A stretch of 64,000 nucleotides of DNA from Octopus vulgaris (taxonomy: Eukaryota), in the NCBI GenBank assembly GCA_951406725.2, contig OX597816.1, positions 175,708,001 to 175,772,000 on the forward strand, read 5' to 3'. The number at the start of each line of letters is the position of its first letter. Position 1 is the first letter of the stretch. Shown here piece after piece: positions 54,991 through 64,000 of the stretch. The translations under genes and the position numbers were made by a program. A model generated the notes under the pieces. That model searched no databases, was not told the origin of the DNA, and worked only from the letters and a program-made list of their open reading frames with translations.

Positions 54991-55656
54991 AACACACATA
55001 TACCTCACTTTTTTCGTGTGTGTGTGTGTGTGTGTGTATATACATACACACACACACACATATACTTATAAATATATGAACCATATGGAAATAGAAATGC
55101 TTCCACAATTGTAATAATGTACCCAGTGTTTCTACTTTGAAAGTAAATATACGTTGGATGGTGAACCATGAGAGTGATGGGATTAAGAGCTTTTTTTGAA
55201 CCATTTTAAATCCAACTAAATTTAGCATGTGAGTGAGGGCAGTGAATCATGTAAATGAGTGAAAATTACAAAGTTGGATGAATATGAAGGGAAGAAAAAT
55301 CATGGAATAGAAAAAGAAAAAAATATTTTGTATATTCAAGATGTACATGCATTTATGCCTCTCTAGAAAGTTGATAAAAATCACCAAAATGAATGAAATA
55401 TTTCAATGTTAACATATTGTAAATTCACTAAGAAACACACACAAAGAAAAAAAAAACTAACTGAAAGGAACACATGGAAAAGAAAATTTGTAAATATTCT
55501 TAAAAATCTTATTGGTTTTTTTTTTTTCAACATTTAATGGAAATTAATTCTACAAACATGTTTGGAGAAGAAAAAAGCATGTCTTATATATGTGTATACA
55601 TACATAGACACAATGCATACCACACACACACACACATATACACACATACACACATA

Positions 55657-55708
<52 letters not shown>

Positions 55709-58700
55709 ATGTGGAGGTTTGGTTTTTGTGTAAGTATATTTTAACCTGTACAAATTTTGTCAAGGAAGTTCAGAGATTTCAAGTGAAACACCTTTTTTCA
55801 TAGCAATAAGTTCATTGCACAGCAGATGTTGTTACAAATCACAGTGCTTTGGTTTATAAGGGGGAAAAAACAAAAAACAAAAAAAAACAAAAACAAGTGG
55901 TATAACAAATGAAATGAAATAATTTGTAGATAAAAAAAAAAAACAAATAAAAAGAAACAGTGCATCCTTTTATGATAATTCTAGAGTATTTGAAAAACAT
56001 TACTCAGTTTTACCTAAGTCATAAATAGGTTCTCCCTGAGATGAAAAATACCAAATACCAACACACATTGAATAAAAATATCCATCTTAGAAACAAATTC
56101 AGGTTCACATCAAAGAAATAACATGAAGAAGGTAAAGAAAGAAATAATTGTAGGAATTTCTAACAGATGATAGTTAACTGATTGTTGTGGTATGTGTAGT
56201 TTGTTCTATTGCAGAAGAGTAAATATGAAATAGAGATAAACCAGCATAATAATGGATTGGGGTCAGCTAATTTAGAGTTGACTTTAAATTTATTCACCAG
56301 TCAGAACAATTTTTTGCTCATCAATTGAAAAAAAAAAGAAAGAAAATGGGGGAAAATAGTGTTTATCTCTCTTCAGTTGTCATTTTGTGTTATATAAACT
56401 GTCCAGAATCCAAAATGGTTAGTATTCTTTAAAAATTCAAACATTTATGAAATAAATTTGATACAAATACTCAATCTGTAGAATCTCTGTAAAATAAGAG
56501 AAGTAATATTTCCTGGAAAATAGGAATTTCTTCAACACAAATTAATTTCCAAATTTTTTGACACTTAAAACCATTTTGTACATAGGTTTAAGGCCCATTT
56601 TCATAGATAAGGGTAAAGATGGTTACATCAATCTCAGTATATCACTGGTATTTAATTTAATCAGCTATGGTAGAATGAAACACAAAGCTGAAGTTGAGAA
56701 GATTTGAATTCAGCAATGAGCAAGGAAACTAAAAGTAATACAGCAATTAGTCAAGCAACTGACCGACTCAAACATCTCCACCTTCCTATTTGATATCCGA
56801 ACATAACAAATAAGTGACCAAACATTTTAAGGATCAGAGGGGTCAAAATGGTTTATATAATCTGAAATAATAAAACAGAAAATGCAAAGGCAGTGTGATT
56901 TAGATGAAAAATGTCTGGTTAGGTATATGTGCAGACAATACCTAACAGCACTTAAGAAAATTTATAATTAAAAGTTTAAATGAACAACATTACTTACTTC
57001 TAAATTGAATAAATTAATACAAGAAACTTCCCAAATTAAATTACAAATATATATTGATAGGAATATTACCAAAAGTAGTATAATACCAGAAGTTTTAAAG
57101 GCACAAAACATATCTTGATAATTTGGACATTTCAGTATTAAAGTATCCAAATGATGAGATGTGTTTTTCTGCCTGGAAAGCTTTTAGCTGTGAAAATCTG
57201 AGTTAAACTGTAAATATAAATATTCAGCCTACACAATATGTGTTGACTGCTCTTTTCTTTTAATTGTTAATCTTCTATAGAAAATCTGTAGAGATTATCT
57301 TTCAATTGTATACCATCCTCTATGTGAACACAACACACACATTTGTGTGTGTATGCATGACCTATATTTATTGAAATGGATACCCTGAATATTTAATCAC
57401 TCCTTAAAAAGATAATTTCAAATATAATGTGTGAGCTTCCCAGGTCAAGCCATGTTACTCAAAAATAGTCTTTAGAATATAAAAATTACCAGCTTTCTAG
57501 TTTTCATACAATAATAACAACAGCAGCAACAATGATAAGAAAACAACAACAATCACTACCACTGTTATAATGGTAATCAAAGCCAAAATAGAAATAACAA
57601 ATATCTTGTGTTTTCAAACTACCAACATCTCATTTCAGAGACATTCTTAGAAGGATTTAACTGAATTGTTGAATAATAAATCTTAGTTACTTATAATTCA
57701 TAGGAAATAATATATTTCCTCTCTGAGTTCTTTAGTTCTTTTGTTTTGAAAGGGGTTCACATGTACAAAGGAAAATAATGCAATTTGCAATGAATATATA
57801 AGTGTTGACTGAAACTTCATATTCTTAAGTCCAATTTCAATCAAAACTATTTGTGACTTAGAATGAATGAGAAAAATAACAAGAGTTTAATATTTCTTGT
57901 TACACCTTTTCCAGAAGTATCAGAGAAACTCAATATAAAAATTTATTCAAGTGAAAAGGTATATCAAGAAACCAATGATACAGTTTTGTAATTTTATGGA
58001 ATATTTTATCCATCTGCCTTCTGTGGGTTTGCCAGAAAAGTAATTTATAAAAAGAAAGCACTCCATAATATTTTAAAATGCACATTAACAATGATTAAAA
58101 AAACAAAACAAAAAAAACCCCCCAAAAAACAATAGTTTAAGGATTATGAAATACAGAGAAGTATATCATAACTGACATGCATTTTTTTAATGATTTTAAA
58201 GTATCTGCCTGCAAAGGTAGTAACAAGAGGTGAGATGAGGATTAAGTAAGTAGGAAATTTTAGTGTTCAGTTTTATTACTTGATGATCATCTGATTTCAG
58301 ATAGTCCTACAAGTATTAACCATCTATTACCCAATAAAGCCAATATTATTGCTCACTTAGCAGTATATATTTCAGTCTTGCAATACCTTCTGTGATCAAA
58401 CACTATGTTTATAATTACTTTCAATTTAAAGAAATCTGCTAGAAATGAAAATGCAATATTTAGGAGAGAAGAATAATTTCTAAAGTATTTTTTTAAATAA
58501 GTTTTGAAAACTTGTAGAAACAGAACAACTTTCAAATATGAAATCAATAAACAAGAGCAGAAAGTGGAGCATGTAACGTAGCAACAATGGGGAGGAATTT
58601 ATATACTGACATAGGGTTGGATAAATTAAATAGAGCCAGCCCACAGATTGTGGTTTACACATATATATCTTGACACAAAAATGGAATAGACCTGGAATAA

Positions 58701-59319
58701 AAAAATATGGGGGAAGGGTCAATAATATAAACAGGATTGGATTTAGTTTCTTAACTTTTTAAAAACAGCTTGTTTTTTTGTTGGGTAGGGGTTCAGGAAA
58801 TGTTTATAAATTTTCTAAATTCATTTTTCCAATGGGGAAAGGAAATGTGAAGAAATTGTCTTAAAGCTATGATTCAGACATTAAAAATATGACAGGCAGA
58901 AATTAAAGGAAACAATAAAAATGTGAATATTCTAGTGGTATAATTATTTTTAGATGAAAAAATTTTAAGTCTCCATATTTCTGTTACAAGAACTTCAATA
59001 AAAAACAAAAAATTGTTGAAAGGCAAGAGAAAGGAATATTGGCAAAAAAGCACCTAAAAATTTTGTTCTTTGATGAAAGAAAAATTCAACTCAAAGATTA
59101 TGTTGAAAATGTACAAAATGTGCTGGCTGATGGAATAAAAACAGTGGGAGGGAGAAAAATACCAAAAAACAGCAAAAGATCTCTAAGGGTCTTTTTAATC
59201 TTCAATAATTATATAGCAGCTGATGTTAGAAAATTACTAAAAAATACCGCTTCCAAAGCATTCAGCATATAGTCTGCAATGAAGTGTCAAGATGGAATTT
59301 GACAGCCTGGTAAACTTAC

Positions 59320-60117
59320 CTCAACTGGATAAGCATGCGATTCTTCATGGTTCAAATTAGCCCTAGGTAGCCGGTCACGTGAAGTAAGCAGTGGGATTGA
59401 GCTGCCCCCAGATACTGTTGGGAGCCCTGCTCTGGTGTTAACACTGCTTGTGCTGGCCCGGGAGTCAGCACTAGATTTCACAGGAGACTGATAAACACTT
59501 GCTGAAGAAGATTTGGTTTGCATAAAAGATTCTTTTTGTTCATTGCTTGTAAATTTTGTAGCTACTGTAGGAGACTTACTATAACCTGGGTAATGGAAGC
59601 GAGGTGGCTGGATTGTGGGTGGTGGAGTTGTCCAGTCAGATGATAAAGTTCGAAAAGATGGAGATGTGCAAGCAGAAGAAATATTTGGTGAGTGTGACGA
59701 GTGTCTGATGGTTTGGAGAGCTGGGGAGGCCTGTTGATTGGTAACAGTAGTAGTAGTAGAAGTAATAGTAGCAGTAGGAACTGTAGAAGCTGATATAGAA
59801 GGCTTGTATAAATGAGGAGTTACAGAAGCAGGCTCTGCATGAGTGCTGCTTGGTTCTTTAAGAACCATAGGCTGGTTGTTGTAGCCAGGTGAAACTGATG
59901 GCAAAGATATATCTGCAGCAGGCTGTGATGTCCAAGTGATACGGGGTTGTGTCATTTGTGGTAACTTCTGAACCGATCCAGTGCTTTCCATGCTCACATT
60001 GGCACCTTTGGGAACTACTCTTTCACGGTAGACAACAAGTTTTATTTCTTTATCACTTCCTGTCAGTAAGGCTACAGCTTGGTCATGGCGTGCATCCTGC
60101 ATATCAATACCATTGAT
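59320..60117 (-). CDS. scrib: Scribble-like exon (798 nt, phase 0-0): end of PDZ2, S/T/P-rich linker, start of PDZ3
   Basis: Acceptor tattcctttccag|ATC at 60117 and donor GAG|gtaagt at 59320. Open frame INGIDMQDARHDQAVALLTGSDKEIKLVVYRE...HAYPVE resembles Scribble PDZ2 (INGVDVTEARHDHAVSLLT) and the YPVE immediately before PDZ3. Confidence 0.92.
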
Positions 60118-60259
60118 CTGGAAAGGAATAAGTATTTCTCAGTGATGCAGAACAGAAAGAAAAAAGAAAAATATATAGAAAAACCTTTGAAACTTCAAAT
60201 TATTCAAAATATAGCACATGTGCAGGTATATTAAAAAACCAGGAAAGTACAGTAAATTG

Positions 60260-61107
60260 ATTCGGTCAAGTGTCCAGTAGGGATCGTTAGAGGTAGTAGA
60301 CAGTTTCCCTTACTTGGGTGATCAAGTTAGCATTGGAGGAGTAATTCTGAAAGTGTAGCTGCTAGAATAAAAATGGGTTGGGTAAGTTCAGAGAGCTACT
60401 ACTTCTGTTAGTAACAAAGGGCTTCTCCCTCAGAGTGAAAGGAAGATTGTATGATGCCTGTGGATGAACAGCTATGCTACATGGCAGTGAGACATGGGCT
60501 GTGACTACTGGGGACATGAAATGACACCAGTATGCTGAAAGAAATGACAACAGTGTACGTGTATGACAGAGTGAAAGTGATTTGAGTGAAAAACTGGGTA
60601 TAAGAGGCATCAGATGTAGTGTGTAGGAGAAGACTGCACTGGTATACTCATGTGATACATATAAATGAGGACAGCTGCATCAAGTGCTGATCTCTAATTG
60701 TGGATGGAACATGTGGAAGGGGTACCCAGGAAGATATGAGATGTGGTGAGAAAAGATCTTCAGATGCTGGACCTCACAAGGGGCCAAGACATCTGGTGGT
60801 TTACTGTGCTTGAGAAGACACATCAAGTTAAGTAAAATCATGACTTTCCATGCATACAGGCATGTTCTCTCTCTCAGCCAAGAGCTCCTAGTCATGTTGG
60901 CTCATGGGAGCTGGTGCTACATAAAAGCACCTATGCTGATGTCATGTAAAAGCACTGTGCCAGTGTCACAAGAAAGCACCTAGTACACTGTAAAGTGATT
61001 GGCATTAGGAAGGGTATCCAGCTGTAGAAACCATGTCAAAATAAACAAATAAAGCTCCTGTCCAGCCCATGCCATCATAGAGAGCAGATGATGATGATGA
61101 TGATGAT
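60260..61107 (+). mobile_element. RTE LINE 3' portion in the intron between the two scrib exons (antisense to the gene)
   Basis: LEVVDSFPYLGDQ, KFRELLLLL, MLHGSETWAV and a (GAT)n tail at 61088-61107. Confidence 0.85.
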
Positions 61108-61388
61108 TCTTTGGATTTGTTGAAATTCCATAAAATTATTTTGTTTGACAGTTCTGACTGTTTAGCATTGAAGTGAGTTAAGATTTACAAAAATATTTTT
61201 AAATTTCTAATGTACATTAAGTTCATGGTTGAAGCATCATGCTGTCAGTTTGGATAATATTACTTACTGACTGACTTTAATCTCTTTAAACTATATTAAT
61301 TTTCCCATAAACTTGCAAATTTTCATAGTTACATGTAATTTCATCTTTTACCACTCAACTATAAGTAAATGTTTGTTGGATATTGTTG

Positions 61389-61717
61389 GACTGGCCTCCG
61401 TGCCGGTGACACGTAAAAAGCACCATCCGTTTGTGGCCATTGCCAGCCTCGCCTGGCCCCCGTGCTGATGGCACGTAAAAAGCACCATCCGTCCGTGGCC
61501 GTTTGCCAGCTCCATCTGGCTCCTGCGCGGGTGGCACGTAAAAAGCACCCACTACACTCGCGGAGTGGTTGGCGTTAGGAAGGGCATCCAGCCGTAGAAA
61601 CACTGCCAGATCAGACTGGGGCCTAGTGCAGCCTTCTGGCTTCACAGACCCCAGTTGAACTGTCCAACCCATGCTAGCATGGAAAATGGACGCTAAATGA
61701 TGATGATGATGATGATG
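61389..61717 (+). mobile_element. RTE-type tail element with three tandem units
   Basis: Same family as 14293-14679. Confidence 0.85.
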
Positions 61718-61909
61718 TTGTACAGCTAACCTTTGTGTGTGTGACAGAAAGCAAAAGAGAGAGTGTGCACACATACACAAATATACATAAAAAGACAGAT
61801 ATGGTAATTCAACACAAAATGAAAACAACTCGATGATCTTAGAAACATCAGAAAAAGATTGTGACAGAATAAGCAAAAGAAAGAAAGCAAAAGGAAGGGA
61901 AAATTTTAC

Positions 61910-61990
61910 CGAGAGGATGCGATCTCCAACGAACAAATTTCCATCCCTGTGGGCAGCAGCTCCATCGATAATCCGTGAAATATAGATAGC
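61910..61990 (-). CDS. scrib: Scribble-like exon (81 nt, phase 0-0), middle of PDZ2
   Basis: Acceptor ttccttttag|GCT and donor TCG|gtaaaa. Translates AIYISRIIDGAAAHRDGNLFVGDRILS (cf. Scribble PDZ2 GIFVSRIAEGGAAHRAGTLQVGDRVLS) and splices in frame to the exon starting at 60117. Confidence 0.92.
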
Positions 61991-62161
61991 CTAAAAGGAA
62001 ATCAAATATACTGATTAGTATAGATTTACAACTAAAGAGGACATGTTGATAGACAAATAGATCTGTAGTGTGTGTAGTTAAGGTGTATGTGTGTCAACAT
62101 ATGTATGTGTGGGTGCATGAATGAGATATACACTGAGTGTGTATGTGCACATGTGCATACT

Positions 62162-62221
<60 letters not shown>

Positions 62222-62340
62222 CCTATGAGAATGTGTAACTGAGCATACCAACATTTGTGCATGCAGTTCTATGAATGTAAAATATATGAAAGCATTTCAG
62301 CAGATACATATGCTTATACGTAAGTATGGATAAATGTACA

Positions 62341-62471
62341 TATGTGTACTGAACCAGTATTCTCCTCACTCACATTGGTATTTTTGGGAACTACTCTTTC
62401 ACAGTAGCCAACAAGTTGTATTCCTTTATCACTTTCTGTCACTAAACCTACAGCTTGACCATGGCATGCAT
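62341..62471 (-). pseudogene. Degenerate partial duplicate of the 5' part of the 59320-60117 exon
   Basis: Translates ACHGQAVGLVTESDKGIQLVGYCERVVPKNTNVSEENTGSV versus true ARHDQAVALLTGSDKEIKLVVYRERVVPKGANVSMESTGSV. No splice acceptor was copied. Confidence 0.85.
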
Positions 62472-62533
62472 ACATATACATACATCATGCATGTACATGT
62501 TATACATCAAATAAATAGCTATGGACTTACATA

Positions 62534-62922
62534 TCTTTATATATAAAAGTAAGGTTGTGTGCTGTCTGTCTCCTACGATTTAGATTCCTAACTACTCCCA
62601 CATTTTGCAGTGCAGTTTAACCAAAACCGGGTATCTTATAGTCGTGATTCATATCGAGCCCTTCTGGGTAGTAGCGCATGTCTACGATGAGTTTACGATT
62701 TAAAAAAAAATTTACCATCAATTTTTCCCATTTTTAATGCATTTTTGGCATATATAAGGGAAGTAACTCTCTAAAAATTTATTATCAAATCTCAGAACGT
62801 AAAAAACTACCCCCCCCTTTGCGGTTAGCCATATTGAGATGGCTATTATACTTTACATCTCTAAAAATGCTTATATAGTTATTTCCCTTATGAACCCGAG
62901 CAACGCCGGGCGATACTGCTGG
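62534..62922 (+). mobile_element. Non-autonomous Helitron
   Basis: A|TC start, hairpin cccgagcaacgccggg and CTGG|T end; closely similar to 13643-14022. Confidence 0.85.
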
Positions 62923-63199
62923 TGTCATATATTTGTATGAAATTAAGAAAAGAAGTGAAGTAATTTCATAGCAATGTTTATACCTACCTATCTACAACAC
63001 AACTCATGAGAAGTTGTTGTGCATAATGTTTTACCTTCCATTAACTAATCCTTAATTTGAATTCAGACTACTGGTTACCATGGCAATGTGTAAAGAATAA
63101 TCCATTGAAAACCAAAATGCAAAAAGAAACACTAAATCAAGTACTACTACCACCACCACTACTAGAAAATGGATTTTCCACTGAATCACATGAACACAA

Positions 63200-64000
63200 C
63201 TATTAATCATCATCTTGTTTACTTTGCTTGGATTTGCTTCACTGGATTATGCTGCTCATCATGGTTCTGTTTAAGTGTTTGGTAAACAGAGCAACATCCC
63301 GTGTCTGTACAAATTGATCAGTATATGGCTAGATAGCTGGCCCAAGCATATTCATATGAAAGTACCCATAAGAGTGTCTCACTAATGAGTACTTGCTTAT
63401 TCTTTTAGCAACATCCTACAAAGCATAAGAGTCTCTCTCGATTGACCAGATGTGATTGCAAGAAGAATGCTGTGCAATTTTTGGTTGGATGAGCTGTAAC
63501 ATGTGAGGGTAAGCCCCATCAAGCCTTATCTCCAGATGCTTGGCAAGTGTTCAGGCAGTGGAACCATACAATAGCATTGATTCCAGATACAAAAGAAACT
63601 TCTTTTAAGATCAACTGATAGTGAGGACTCGAAGATAACACTAAGGCCAAGAACTGCTCAAGCTTTTGCAGGATCAATTTTTACATCCTTTTCTGCAGAT
63701 GTAATGCTGCTTCTTATGTCTATGGAGGAGTCTAAAGGAGACTTGAAAGGATTTTAATTGTGCTTATTGATTCCTTCAGATTGACTGAACAAGATGTATT
63801 AAATGTTTGAGGCACTGACATAAAGACCATATCTCCAGGGATTTTCAAGGTCATGTAGAAGATATCAGTATAATCTGCATTTGTAATTGTGGTGGTAAAG
63901 CACTGAGTGTGATGGATTTTGTTGGTGAAGCAGAAGTTTTTTCTTTTTTAAACTTTTTTCAGTGGCAGTTCAAAAGACATAATCAAGGCAGATGATAAAT
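63200..64000 (-). mobile_element. Old RTE-like RT remnant
   Basis: Minus strand TITNADYTD at ~63864-63890 (YADD equivalent) and W.GQL near 63330-63345. Confidence 0.5.

Noticed and set aside
61355-61936. 193-aa minus-strand ORF
   Set aside because: Only the first residues (FVGDRILS) belong to the real exon; the rest is intron and retro-tail read-through past the donor at 61909.

Overview
AT-rich eukaryotic genomic DNA, most likely Octopus (inferred from the SINE, RTE and Penelope families and the TA/CA microsatellite load). The only host coding sequence I can support is two minus-strand exons of a scribble-like gene: 61910-61990 and 59320-60117. Together they encode the C-terminal part of PDZ2, a Ser/Thr/Pro-rich linker and the YPVE that opens PDZ3. 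I did not find the next PDZ3 exon, so the remaining ~59 kb reads as one very large intron. It is filled with RTE, R4/Dong-type, CR1 and Penelope retroelements, three SINE types, mariner/Tc1 and Chapaev remnants, two Helitrons and kb-scale microsatellites. Most ORFs in the supplied track are microsatellite or decayed-transposon artefacts. The most striking unexplained signal is a set of more than ten minimal hammerhead-ribozyme-like motifs (CUGANGA...GAAA...NUH, palindromic helix III), mostly in inverted-repeat structures. They include a short tRNA-headed, hammerhead-tailed element present as a head-to-head palindrome (19189-19670) and a double-hammerhead foldback (53130-53407). Also noted: a decayed local duplicate of part of a scrib exon and a perfect pre-miRNA-sized hairpin. 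Boundaries of degenerate elements are approximate.
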